Below, one piece after another: positions 38,630 through 48,668 of a stretch of 64,000 bases of DNA. Position 1 is the first letter of the stretch; every line of letters begins with the position of its first letter. Under the pieces are notes generated by a model. The model saw only the letters and a list, made by a program, of their open reading frames with translations, was not told where the DNA came from and did not search any database. The translations under genes were made by a program, and so were the position numbers. This stretch comes from an uncultured bacterium (lineage in GTDB: Bacteria > Auribacterota > Erginobacteria > Erginobacterales > Erginobacteraceae), in the NCBI GenBank assembly GCA_963822585.1, contig CAWGIE010000023.1:64001-128000 (forward strand). Direction: 5' to 3'.

Positions 38630-38908
38630 TTAATCGACCTCGATATTGAACGGAGAATGCGGAGTGAGATTCGTCTCCCGACCCCGGCGCAAGTTTTCCA
38701 GGGCGGAGTCCTCCAGCCAGGCATCGATAACCGACTTCTTGAACCGGAGAGTGGCTCCGATCCGGCTGGCGGGTATCGTCTTTTTCTTCACATGCCGATA
38801 GACGACCTGCTTATGAAGCTGCAGGTATTCGGCGATCTGATCGATGGTCATTACTTCCGGATATTCTTTTTCCGGAGCCGGGCCGGTTGTTTTTTGTTCG
38901 CTGCTCAT
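38630..38908 (-). CDS. Excisionase-like (HTH_17) DNA-binding protein
   Basis: VMTIDQIAEYLQL..VYR..IPASRIG..RFKKSVIDAWL. Confidence 0.88.
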   Translation of the reverse strand: MSSEQKTTGPAPEKEYPEVMTIDQIAEYLQLHKQVVYRHVKKKTIPASRIGATLRFKKSVIDAWLEDSALENLRRGRETNLTPHSPFNIEVD

Positions 38909-38917
38909 AATGGCACC

Positions 38918-39682
38918 CTATTTATTGATGATTTTCAGAACCTCGGCAGTTATGGTCTTCGTCAGCTTCTCTTCATCCATCTCCTCGGCCGCCGGGATTC
39001 TCTTCTCGGGGACCGCGCAGACACAGTGGAGGATACCGCCGGTCAGACCGGCTTTTTCCCGGACCTCCATCAGTTTCGCCACCTGCTCCCGATCGAGGAC
39101 CTTGACCCGCCCCAGGGTTTTGGCGGCCAGAATGATCTTTGCGGTGTGCTCCAGTTTCTCCAGCTTGTAGAAGGCATCGGTAAGGCTGCTGCCGACCGTG
39201 AGCGTTCCGTGGCGGTCCAGGATCATGGCGTCGCAGTTTCCGATATATTCTCTGATCACCCGGGGCGGTTCGTCGGTGGTGGGGGTACCATACGTGGTGG
39301 TCGGGATGGCGCCCAGCGTAAAAACAACCTCGGGGAGGACGCAGCGGTCCAGCGGCTCTCCGGCCACGGAGAAGGCGGTGCAGATCGGGGGGTGACCGTG
39401 AACGATCGCCCGGACGTCTTCCCTCTGCCGGTAGACTTCGAGGTGAAGCCGGTACTCGGAGGTAGGTTTAACTCCCGAAGAGCGCGGGCGCCCTTCGCCG
39501 TCGATCATGACCAGATCGGAAGCCTTCAGAAAACCCAGGCAGCAACCGCTGGGGGTGATCAGGATCTCATTCGTACTGAAGCGAAAACTCAGATTACCAT
39601 CGGTGGCCGCGACCAGATCCTTCTCATACATCCGACGCCCGATCTCCACCATTTCCTTGCGGACTGCGAATTCGGTGCTCAT
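38918..39682 (-). CDS. Class II aldolase (fuculose-1-phosphate aldolase-like) with C-terminal encapsulation peptide
   Basis: DGNLS, ITPSG, PTSEYRLH, VHGHP, RHG; tail DEEKLTKTITAEVLKII. Confidence 0.9.
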   Translation of the reverse strand: MSTEFAVRKEMVEIGRRMYEKDLVAATDGNLSFRFSTNEILITPSGCCLGFLKASDLVMIDGEGRPRSSGVKPTSEYRLHLEVYRQREDVRAIVHGHPPICTAFSVAGEPLDRCVLPEVVFTLGAIPTTTYGTPTTDEPPRVIREYIGNCDAMILDRHGTLTVGSSLTDAFYKLEKLEHTAKIILAAKTLGRVKVLDREQVAKLMEVREKAGLTGGILHCVCAVPEKRIPAAEEMDEEKLTKTITAEVLKIINK

Positions 39683-39819
39683 GACTTTAACAGACGATAT
39701 GGCAGTTTGTTTCCCCCCACCTCGGCCCCTTTTTTAACAGACGATCGGATGTGATGAAATAGGATCGGCCACTCCACCTCGGCCCCGGATTATATATTGA
39801 GCGTTGAATGTTCAATATT

Positions 39820-40380
39820 TCAAAGAAAAATTATAAAGATAAACCGCGCCAGGGAGGGGTGGGGGCGGGGGATGACGGCGGTCCGGACCAGGGCGCCGAT
39901 CTCCTTTACCTTTTCCTCCCCGATCTCCATGGCCGCCTCCAGATCGGGGATCGCCCCGGTCAGGGTGACGAAACTTTTTCCTCCCAGGCCATTGGCCAGG
40001 CGGATCTCCAGAAGCCGGATCTCGGCGGCCTTGGCGGCCGCGTCGGCGGCCAGGATGCAGGAGGGGATGGAGAAGGTCTCGATAACCCCGACGGCATCCA
40101 GTTCTCCCACCGGGCCGGCCGCCAGGATCGCGGGGATGACCTGGGGATGAACGTTGGGCAGAAAAAGATGATCGGTCACGGCGTCGGCGCCGGCTTCCAG
40201 CCCGGCCTGGAGGGATTCATCCACGGGGCCGGTCAGGCCGGTAATCAGAACGATGTACTTCCCCGGGCAAACGCTCCGAGAGTCGATCACTTCCACCTCC
40301 GATTTTTTCGCCATCGCGTCGGTGGTGAAAATGCCGGCGGCCACGCTGTTGAATTCGATAAATCCTACGGCCGGTTCCAT
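39820..40380 (-). CDS. Tandem-domain BMC shell protein, PduT-like
   Basis: GFIEFNSVAAG..SVCPGKY..GVIETFS..AADAAAKAA..GLGGK..VIPRPH; next to a PduS-like gene. Confidence 0.88.
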   Translation of the reverse strand: MEPAVGFIEFNSVAAGIFTTDAMAKKSEVEVIDSRSVCPGKYIVLITGLTGPVDESLQAGLEAGADAVTDHLFLPNVHPQVIPAILAAGPVGELDAVGVIETFSIPSCILAADAAAKAAEIRLLEIRLANGLGGKSFVTLTGAIPDLEAAMEIGEEKVKEIGALVRTAVIPRPHPSLARFIFIIFL

Positions 40381-40412
40381 ATTAATTTTTTCCTCCGGAA
40401 AAAATAGCATTG

Positions 40413-41755
40413 TTAAGACGCCGGTATCTTTATTGATTCATCGGTCACTTTGGTGAACAATACCCGGCAATTGAGGCGTGGACGAGGGCGCCCATGGTTC
40501 CCCGGGGGAAATTCCCGATCACGTCTCCCGCTTTTACCTTCTGTTTCTCTTTCACGACCGGATACGCCGGCTGGCCGATATGCTGCTTCAGAGGTATGGT
40601 TACCGACCGGGGAGAGAAGCCGGTTTCCACCAGGGGCGCGGGCCGATCGTATTCCCCGAGCTGCAGCCGGGATGTCAGCCGGGAAACCGGGATCAGGCTG
40701 TACTCTCTCTGCGGGGATGGAATGTATCTCTCCAGCGGCGACACGCGATCCCAGTTCCACTCCTTCATCCGTCCGGCAACCTGTTTGTTCAGGCGTCCGA
40801 TCGGAAGATTCATCGGACACGAATAAACCCCGCAGAGGTCGCAGTTGCAGCACATGGGGGCCGAAGATATCCCGGGTGAATCGGGAAAAGGGATCCCCAG
40901 GGCTATCTGCCGCATCACGATATGGGGTTTGAAATTATGCCCGATCAAGGCGCGGGGACAGACCAGGGTACAGTAATCGCACTGGCAGCAGATCGATTGG
41001 ATCTTGCTGAGATCGAAGTTCAGATCCCGAGTCTTGCGCACCACTACCGGATGATCCGCGGGGAGGACGATGAGAGCCGATGTCGTCTTGGTAACCGGGG
41101 CATCCGGGTCGGCAACGACTTCGCCCATCATCGGGCCGCCGGACACGATCGCCCAATTCTCCACTTGCGGGCCCCCCGCCAGATCAAGCGCGGCCCGCAG
41201 CGGTGTCCCGACCGGGAGTCTCAGTGTTTTCGGCTCCCTGACCGCTCCGGTCACCGTCAGATAGCGGGAGATAACCGGTTCACCCCGCGCGGCCCCCGAG
41301 ATATTGCAAAAAGTTTCAACGTTGCTGACCAGGACACCGACTTTGAGGGGAATCTCTCCCGGCGGGATTACTTTTCCGGCGACCTCGTAAACGATGACGA
41401 ACTCGTCGCCGGCCGGATAAACGCTCTCCATCAGATGCAGGCTCAGCTCTTTTTTGCCCGCTATCTCTTTCTTCAGGGCGTCGATGGCGGCGGTATATTT
41501 TTTCTTGAGAGCGATAACCCCCCGGACGGCGCCGGTCGCCTTCATCACCAGGGTCAGTCCCCGCACCACCTCATCCGCCCGGGCGGCCATCACCTGCTGA
41601 TCGTTGCGGAGGAGGGGTTCGCACTCAGCCCCGTTGACTATCACCGTCTCTACCCGGGCGTCGATTTTCTTCCAGGTCGGGAAACCGGCTCCCCCCGCGC
41701 CGACCACGCCGGCCCGCCAGACTTTCTCCACCAAGTTGTTGGGTTCAGTTTTCAA
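40413..41755 (-). CDS. PduS/RnfC-like flavin Fe-S oxidoreductase (probable frameshift near the C terminus)
   Basis: AGVVGAGGAGFPT, NGAECEP, GGPMMG, CCQCDYCTLVCP, CCNCDLC..CP, PLKQHIG, HASI; natural-looking end KVTDESIKIPAS lies in the adjacent frame. Confidence 0.88.
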
Positions 41756-41792
41756 GCCACTCGAAACGCCGGCCCCCGAAAAGACCCGGATT

Positions 41793-42635
41793 TTAATTCA
41801 GGCAATCGAGCTCCGGTTGCCTTGTCGCGCTGATCGTGTAATGAAAATTATGGTATTTGCGCACGAATTCAAAGGGAAGCAAACTGTAGATCCTGTAGCC
41901 GATTTCGCCGATACAGGGGTAAGCTTTGTTGGGATGAATTCTTATATCGGAAAACCCCAGCTCACCCAGCATCCGGCGCACGCGCCATACGCTCGTGGGA
42001 AACTCGTAATCCGCCGGCGGATGGGTGGAACGTTTTAATCTGTGATATGCCGACCTGATCAGCGCGTGCAGGGGCCGGGGGAGCAGAACTGACTTAAACA
42101 TCTGGAACATTGCCCAGGCATTGGGATCCTCCAGAAATAAAATTCCGCCGGGCTTCAAAAGCTCGGCAAAGGTTCCGAGCAAGGCCTTTACGCGGTCGCT
42201 CTGGTGGTGAACGACATTTATGCTGGTCAGGTAATCGAACGATTGCTTCCGAAACGGGAGTCTGTTCATATCCCCCGCCACACAGGCCTTTGCCCCGGAT
42301 TCAGTTTGCAGGGTATGGAGAATATCGTAGATGAGATCGAAATTGAAGAAGGTGTACCCGGCCTGTTCAAAACCGGCGAACTGACGGTCATATCCGCTGC
42401 CGATGTTGAGAAAGGCCTTCGGAGGAGCGCTGATGTTATCCTTTACCATCCCCCAGAATTCCCGCTTGGAATTCTCCCACTGGGTAAGATTGGACCTCTC
42501 GCGCCGGCTCTCCCGGGGCCGCTGCATAACCCGGGCAAGCTTTTCCTCCTCCTGAAGATGCCGAAGATCCATTCGCGGCGGATATAGAAGCGGAATACCG
42601 TCCCGGACCGGATATCCCGGCGGCAACCGTCCCAT
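41793..42635 (-). CDS. Class I SAM methyltransferase, with a trace of a Trm112-like N terminus
   Basis: YPVRDGIPLL, LNIGSG, GDMNRLPF, VVHH, LKPGG..EDPN. Confidence 0.8.
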   Translation of the reverse strand: MGRLPPGYPVRDGIPLLYPPRMDLRHLQEEEKLARVMQRPRESRRERSNLTQWENSKREFWGMVKDNISAPPKAFLNIGSGYDRQFAGFEQAGYTFFNFDLIYDILHTLQTESGAKACVAGDMNRLPFRKQSFDYLTSINVVHHQSDRVKALLGTFAELLKPGGILFLEDPNAWAMFQMFKSVLLPRPLHALIRSAYHRLKRSTHPPADYEFPTSVWRVRRMLGELGFSDIRIHPNKAYPCIGEIGYRIYSLLPFEFVRKYHNFHYTISATRQPELDCLN

Positions 42636-42863
42636 CGAAGCCTGATTGTGATTCGGAAAAATTATCCGAAGACCGTCAGGCTAAATATGTTATCAATTCA
42701 GAGTTTATCAGGTCTCTCCTTCCCGTATCCCAACCGGCAACTCCGGGACGCGAATCCCGCGCCCGTATACAAGTATTCTCCCCCCTTTTCCAGGCGGTAA
42801 TGGTTATGGGAAAAGCAGGCCTCTTCCCGGGAAATCACCAGGTCATGAGCGAATTGCGGTAAT

Positions 42864-44309
42864 TCAGACAATCCGGAAATAGTCGATCAGGACGCAGCGG
42901 CGCTTCCGGGTAAAGTCAGAGGCTTTGGTCAGGCCTTCCCCCGTGGGACTGGCGATGCTGAACGAGGTGTAGCCCTGGCCGCCGAAGCCGAGACCGGAGT
43001 AGCAAGGGCCGTTCTTGACGAAGATGGAGGAATTGCATTCCCGCGCCATCTTGCTCAGCTTCTCCACGTTGCGGGAATACATATACATCGAGTGCCGGTA
43101 ACCATGTTCGACCTCGATTGCCAGACGGATGGCCTGATCGACGTCGGGGACCCGGACGAAGGGGATGACCGGCATCAGCTGTTCCACCAGCACCAGGGGA
43201 TGGTGAGCGTCCACCTCGGCGAGGACGATCCTCACCTCGTCTCCGACGGTGACCCCGATTTCTTTCAGGATAATCCTGGGCGGCCGGCCGACAAATTTTT
43301 TGTTCGGCGCGCCTTCCTCGCAGTTCGGCCCCGGCATGGTGGCGATCACGACCTTGGTCAGCGCCTCCGTCTGCTCTTTATTCAGTTCATAGGCGCCGTT
43401 TCTGATCAACTCCCGTTTCAGCTGATCGGCGATCTTCTCGACCGCGAAAATCTCTTTCTCACAGACGCAGACGATGTTGTTGTCGAAGGAGGCCCCCTCG
43501 ACGATCAGACGCCCGGCCTTCTCGATATCGGCCGTTTCGTCAACCACCACAGGGGGGTTCCCCGGACCGGCGGCGATAACTTTCTTCCCCGATTGCATGG
43601 CGGCCTTGACCACCCCGGGGCCGCCGGTGACCACCAGGAGCCGGATTTTGGGGTGTTTCATCATCTTCCCGGCCGCCTCGATGGTCGGTTCCTTGATGGC
43701 GACCATTAGGTTGGGCGGTCCGCCGGCGCCGGTGATCGCCCGGTTGAGAATCTGGATCATGGTTTGGGAAGCGAGCTTGGCGGACGGGTGGGGCCCGAAG
43801 ACGACGGCGTTACCGGCGGCGATCATGCCGATCGAATTACAGATAACGGTCGAGGTGGGGTTGGTGGAGGGGATGATGGCCCCGATCAGCCCGTAGGGAG
43901 CCCCTTCCACCAGGGTGAGGCCGTGATCGCCTGTCCAGGCGATCGGCTGGAGATCTTCCAGGCCGGGGGTTTTATTGGAGACCAGCAAGTGCTTCTTGAT
44001 CTTGGACTCCACCCGGCCCATCCCCGTCTCCTCAAAGGCGATCCGCGATATTTTTTCGGCGTTGTCGCGTCCCGCCTGCCGCATCGCCTCGATGATCTGC
44101 TCGCGCTTCTCGAGGCTGAGGCCCATCAGTGCTTTCTGCGCAATATCCGCCGCCGCAATGGCATCATCCAGCTGATCGAAGATCCCATCGGCGGCAGCCA
44201 CCGGTGAGGTTGCCGGACCGGCGACCGGCGGGGCCGTACCGCCTTCTTCGGTGAGGCGCTTGACCACGGTCTGGACGATGGCCCTGATCTGTTCTTCGTT
44301 GATTGTCAT
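42864..44309 (-). CDS. BMC-type CoA-acylating aldehyde dehydrogenase (EutE/PduP family) with N-terminal encapsulation peptide
   Basis: INEEQIRAIVQTVVKRL, PSTNP, VTGGPGVV, AGPGNPP, FDNNIVCVCEKE, SPTGEG. Confidence 0.95.
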   Translation of the reverse strand: MTINEEQIRAIVQTVVKRLTEEGGTAPPVAGPATSPVAAADGIFDQLDDAIAAADIAQKALMGLSLEKREQIIEAMRQAGRDNAEKISRIAFEETGMGRVESKIKKHLLVSNKTPGLEDLQPIAWTGDHGLTLVEGAPYGLIGAIIPSTNPTSTVICNSIGMIAAGNAVVFGPHPSAKLASQTMIQILNRAITGAGGPPNLMVAIKEPTIEAAGKMMKHPKIRLLVVTGGPGVVKAAMQSGKKVIAAGPGNPPVVVDETADIEKAGRLIVEGASFDNNIVCVCEKEIFAVEKIADQLKRELIRNGAYELNKEQTEALTKVVIATMPGPNCEEGAPNKKFVGRPPRIILKEIGVTVGDEVRIVLAEVDAHHPLVLVEQLMPVIPFVRVPDVDQAIRLAIEVEHGYRHSMYMYSRNVEKLSKMARECNSSIFVKNGPCYSGLGFGGQGYTSFSIASPTGEGLTKASDFTRKRRCVLIDYFRIV

Positions 44310-44588
44310 AAAATCCCCCTCCAATAAAATTTCCTTTGGAAATTTTATTGATGGTTGCTCCTTCGGCGCCTATTCGATGAGCATTATTGAAGAAAGGCCC
44401 GCATTTTGAGTCATGGCTTTTCAGTACTGCCGATAGATCACCTTTCGCGGCAGTATTTCAGGGCAAAAAACCACTGCCGGGGTATCGCAACCGAAGCCGG
44501 GGCGGAAATTCAAAACCGGGCCGGAAAGCGAACAGCCCCATCCCCGGCCATTGACTACCCGCGGCTACCGCCGCCGGCAGGTACCCGG

Positions 44589-44894
44589 TCAGGAACGGTC
44601 GTCTTCAGCCTTGTCGTAGACGATCTTTCCGTCCACGTCCAGTGTATCCACGATGGCCATGATCGTGGCGTCACAGGGCCGGTTGGTGGTCGCGCTGGTA
44701 TACCTGCCGCAACTCCCGGTCACATAAAGGACGACCTCCCCCACCCCGGCGCCGACCGAGTCGGCGGCGATGACGTACTTGCCCAGGGGTTTGCCGTCTA
44801 TGCCCAGCTGTTCACAGACGTAAAATTTGAGGCCGTCCAGACTCTCCACTTTCTGTGAGGAGACCAGGGTGCCGCGTATCTTTGCTAAAAGCAT
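44589..44894 (-). CDS. BMC vertex (pentamer) protein, EutN/CcmL family
   Basis: MLLAKIRGTLVSSQK..AADSVGAGVGEVVL..DATIMAIVD. Confidence 0.95.
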   Translation of the reverse strand: MLLAKIRGTLVSSQKVESLDGLKFYVCEQLGIDGKPLGKYVIAADSVGAGVGEVVLYVTGSCGRYTSATTNRPCDATIMAIVDTLDVDGKIVYDKAEDDRS

Positions 44895-44912
44895 GGCGCG
44901 TGCCTTGGTTGA

Positions 44913-45206
44913 TTACTTGCCCTTCTGCGGAGCGCGGCCGAGCGGGAGAACCCGGTCGATATTGGCGTGCGGACGCGGAATGACATGGACGGAGATCAAT
45001 TCGCCGACCTTTTCCGCCCCGCGGGCACCGGCCTCGACGGAAGCTTTACAGGCCGCGACATCCCCCCGGACGATCGCGGTCACGTAACCGCCGCCGATCC
45101 TCTCATAGCTGACCAGTTCGACCTTTGCCGCCTTGACCATGGCATCGGCTGCTTCCACCATCGCCGCGAATCCTTTCGTTTCGATCATACCCAATGCTTC
45201 AGACAT
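44913..45206 (-). CDS. BMC hexamer shell protein (PduA/EutM-like)
   Basis: [32 protein letters not shown]. Confidence 0.96.
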   Translation of the reverse strand: MSEALGMIETKGFAAMVEAADAMVKAAKVELVSYERIGGGYVTAIVRGDVAACKASVEAGARGAEKVGELISVHVIPRPHANIDRVLPLGRAPQKGK

Positions 45207-45308
45207 CTTCTTTCCCTCCTTTTTAATTTTTCTTCGAAAAATTAAAAATTGTTGCTGTTTCTACCATACTACCCGTGATTGTATCTTAATTATTACGCAA
45301 CCGCATCT

Positions 45309-45944
45309 CTACTCGCCTTTCGTGGGCTGGACGCCGGTGACGGCGTTGATAGCGGCCATGGCCGCCTCGCTTCCCACCATGATGTCGCGTTCCTCGCCGC
45401 CCAGATAAAGGCGTCCGAAACGGCCGAAAGGCTTGACCTCGATCAGCGTGATATTGGCGGCTTTCTCCGCTTCGTTGGCCGCCAGCACGGCATAACCCGC
45501 GGGATCGGTCTCCAGTATGTATAACGTCTGGTCGGCCAGAAGCATCGACCCGCTTCGGCTGCGGTTGATCAGTTGCGCCTGATGAGCGTCCACCTTGCGG
45601 ATGATCTGGGTGGCAACCGCCTTCGGTTTCATCCGCTGATCTTCTTTCAGGCCCAGGGCGTTCAGAATCGCCAGTCCGGCCTCCCGGACATTGGCCTGGG
45701 AGTATGAATGGACCTCCAGCAGCCCGTAGGCTCTCTCGACAATCATCATGGCCGGCTTGACATCGGTCGCCTTGAGCGCCACGTCCATTACTTCATTAAT
45801 CGCCATCCCCGGCGCCACTTCCACGTAACAGGCCGCCATCCCGGGAAGGGGCTGAAAGCCCTTCGCCGCCGAGGCGACGAAAGAAGCAAATTGCGGTTGC
45901 ATACTGTCCAAAAAAATATATGTTCTGAGCTGAACTTTCTCCAT
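45309..45944 (-). CDS. Permuted tandem BMC shell protein (BMC-T, CcmP/CsoS1D-like)
   Basis: LRTYIFLDSMQPQ, EVAPG, VERAYGLLE, ANEAEKAA, GRFGRLYLGG. Confidence 0.9.
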   Translation of the reverse strand: MEKVQLRTYIFLDSMQPQFASFVASAAKGFQPLPGMAACYVEVAPGMAINEVMDVALKATDVKPAMMIVERAYGLLEVHSYSQANVREAGLAILNALGLKEDQRMKPKAVATQIIRKVDAHQAQLINRSRSGSMLLADQTLYILETDPAGYAVLAANEAEKAANITLIEVKPFGRFGRLYLGGEERDIMVGSEAAMAAINAVTGVQPTKGE

Positions 45945-45956
45945 TGAACTGCCTCC

Positions 45957-45989
45957 TATAAATTAGCTCGCTGTGCTCGCAAATTTATA
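45957..45989 (-). promoter_or_regulatory. Second copy of the 33-bp leader element, directly upstream of the SD of the first BMC gene
   Basis: TATAAATTTGCGAGCACAGCGAGCTAATTTATA-GGAGG on the - strand, preceded by hairpin GGCCGCCGGCT..AGCCGGCGGCC. Confidence 0.55.
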
Positions 45990-46137
45990 TCGGGCCGCCG
46001 GCTGTTAAGCCGGCGGCCTGTCGTTGATTACACAGAAAGAAACTGATGATTGCGGCATTTTTATAATAAAGGTAGATTTCAGTCAAGAAAAATTTCAACC
46101 ATCCCCTCAAATTGCAATGATATTATACTATTTTAAA

Positions 46138-46219
46138 CTGATATATGCCATGCGAACGCATGGCATATATCAGCTCATCTAAACAATCCGGTTCCGCCAG
46201 CCGGCGGAATCGGATTGTT
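46138..46219. terminator. Two adjacent hairpins downstream of the GtrA-family gene
   Basis: CTGATATATGCCATGCG-AA-CGCATGGCATATATCAG and AACAATCCGGTTCCGCC-AGCC-GGCGGAATCGGATTGTT. Confidence 0.55.
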
Positions 46220-46713
46220 TAGCCTTTGAAAATAAAATACTTCCTTACCAGATAGTTGATCATGAGGCAGACCAGGATCATGGCTCCGAAGGCATAGGTG
46301 GTGTTGATCCCATAGTAATCGATGAGGAACGACTGCAGACCGATCCCGATTGCCACGCTGGCACCGGCCACCAGATAAAACATGGCTATCTCTTTCCAAA
46401 GGGAATGGCGCCCCCTTTCAAAGACCCAGGCCACATTGATGAAATAAACCACCAAGTTGGAAAACATGAACGCGATCGCGTTATCAATGGCGGCGTGAAA
46501 CGCCCGAACCGAATCAGTAATATCCGAGGGGGGGACGTGCAGAAAACCGGCGATCGGATCGGTCGCCGTTATCGCCGGCAAAACCTCCCAGGCCAGAAGG
46601 AAAAAGATCGTCGTATGGACCACGGTGGCTATTCCACCCGCAATCCCATACTTGATGAACTGGACCAGATGCCCATGTTCCTTTCCTTTAAACTGGCTGA
46701 GAAATTTTTTCAC
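46219..46713 (-). CDS. GtrA-family membrane protein
   Basis: QFIKYGIAG..AWVF..NYLVRKYFIF, four TM helices. Confidence 0.85.
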   Translation of the reverse strand: MKKFLSQFKGKEHGHLVQFIKYGIAGGIATVVHTTIFFLLAWEVLPAITATDPIAGFLHVPPSDITDSVRAFHAAIDNAIAFMFSNLVVYFINVAWVFERGRHSLWKEIAMFYLVAGASVAIGIGLQSFLIDYYGINTTYAFGAMILVCLMINYLVRKYFIFKG

Positions 46714-47258
46714 GTTTTATTTTTCCCACTTGCGGTGAGGCGGGTAGGGGGATAATGCCGGAAGGCTAGAGATATATATACCGCGGCATTCGTTATTTCC
46801 GATTTTCGATCAAGTATCATTTTCTCATGACGGACAAGAACAGCATATCTTTATTTTCTTATATCATCGCTCCGCCGGTAGCGGAAAAATCCAACGGCAA
46901 CGCACAGGTCACCATTACTGGCACCTATTCTGACATGCTCTTCCTGATCGTATAAATAGATAAGCATCATTTATTGATTACAGTGTACTATGGTCCATAC
47001 ACTTGTTAAGAAAATTCTGTTTTTTCAGTGATTTACCTGAAAATGTAACATTGATCTATCGAGTGGTGAGTCAGAGCGACAAATCGCATCAACGGGATTG
47101 TTCTATATAACATACTGAAAGATAACCAGTAGTGGTCAATCTTCTATTTTTCCATCGATTAACAATTGTGTTTATAGCGGCCCACATATAAGATGCTGAG
47201 CAGGTAAAGTGATTAAGACTTTGGCGGACGGATCAATAAACACACCGGATGATTGAGG

Positions 47259-48668
47259 ATGAGGAAAAAATACAAGCGGATTATCATCCTTTTGGTGGTG
47301 GTGGCGGGAGCCGGGCTGGGTGTTTATCTCTTCTTTACGGCTCGCCAACCCGCTCCTAACGTACTTTTGATTTCCATCGACAGTCTCAGAGCTGACCATG
47401 TGGGCTGTTATGGTTACAAGAGAGATACCACTCCTACCATCGATGCCCTAGCCCGTCAGGGAATCGTCTTCCGGAACACCGTCAGCACGACGTCCTGGAC
47501 TTTGCCGGCTCATATGTCCCTTTTCACTTCCATGGACATCACGGTCCACGGAGTCGGGATGGAGGGGATGAGCCTGCACCGGGATATCGGGACGCTGGCC
47601 GGGGTATTTAAAAGTAACGGTTACCGGACCGCGGCCTTTTGCTCATCTCCCTTTATGAACCCGGCGTTCGGCTTCGATCGGGGGTTCGATCTGTATCGCA
47701 ACATCGATCTGGATGATCACCGGTTTGAAAATACCACGTTACCCCCGGAGCATCAGAGGGACGCGGTCCATGCCGATATTACCAGTCCCCGGATCACCGA
47801 GCTGGCTGATGACTGGCTGGAGAAAAACAGCGGGCACCCCTTTTTCCTCTTTCTTCACATGTGGGACGTTCATTACGACTACATACCCCCGGCGCCCTAC
47901 GACCGGAAATTCGATCCCGACTACACCGGAAATATCACCGGGCGTAATTATATCCATAATCCGGAGATCAACCCTAAAATGGATCCCCGTGACCTCGATC
48001 ATATCATCGCCCTATATGATGGAGAGATCGCCTGGGTGGATCACCACCTGGGATTGATCGTCGAAAAGCTCAAGGAGTTGGGGATATTCGAGCGGACGTT
48101 GATCGTTATCACCGCCGATCATGGAGATGAGTTCTTCGAACACGGCGGCAAGGGTCATCGCAGTACCCTCTATGATGAAGTGGTTATGATCCCGCTCGTT
48201 ATTCACGGACCGGGGGTGGAAAGGCAGGGGGGCGAGGTCTCGGATCAGGCAAGTATCATCGACATAGCTCCTACCATTCTCAATCTCTGCGGGATAAAAA
48301 TCCCTCAATGGATGCAGGGGCGTTCACTTTTTCACGATCAGAAAAATGAAACCAATCCATCCGGCGACGGGGCCCTTTTGGAACTCAGTTTAGAACTGAA
48401 GGCCTTCCGTACCAATCACTATAAACTGATCTTCAACATCCCCCACCTCCAGACAATTATCTACGACCTGAACAACGGTCCGAAAGAAACCTATCAGCAC
48501 CTCGTTACGTCTCCCGATAAGTGGAACGAAGCCAATCTGAAGTTTTATTCCCGTCTGGCCGACGATCGAATCCTATTGAAAAAATACCGGGGGGGAGCGA
48601 CGGGTGGCCCAGTCAAGCTGAGTCCGGAGGAGACCGAGCGGCTCAAGGCGCTGGGGTATCTTAATTAG
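47259..48668 (+). CDS. Membrane-anchored sulfatase-like (AlkP superfamily) hydrolase/transferase
   Basis: NVLLISIDSLRADH, SWTLPAH, TADHGDEF.EHG, C-terminal RLKALGYL. Confidence 0.88.
   Translation: MRKKYKRIIILLVVVAGAGLGVYLFFTARQPAPNVLLISIDSLRADHVGCYGYKRDTTPTIDALARQGIVFRNTVSTTSWTLPAHMSLFTSMDITVHGVGMEGMSLHRDIGTLAGVFKSNGYRTAAFCSSPFMNPAFGFDRGFDLYRNIDLDDHRFENTTLPPEHQRDAVHADITSPRITELADDWLEKNSGHPFFLFLHMWDVHYDYIPPAPYDRKFDPDYTGNITGRNYIHNPEINPKMDPRDLDHIIALYDGEIAWVDHHLGLIVEKLKELGIFERTLIVITADHGDEFFEHGGKGHRSTLYDEVVMIPLVIHGPGVERQGGEVSDQASIIDIAPTILNLCGIKIPQWMQGRSLFHDQKNETNPSGDGALLELSLELKAFRTNHYKLIFNIPHLQTIIYDLNNGPKETYQHLVTSPDKWNEANLKFYSRLADDRILLKKYRGGATGGPVKLSPEETERLKALGYLN

Noticed and set aside
38630..38908. 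Prophage or ICE excisionase
   Set aside because: No integrase, att sites or phage genes nearby; the gene is embedded in an operon.
8699..39754. Long antisense ORFs (e.g. 8699..9787, 33487..34743, 37078..38334, 38528..39754)
   Set aside because: Shadows of GC-rich genes on the opposite strand, with no recognisable motifs.
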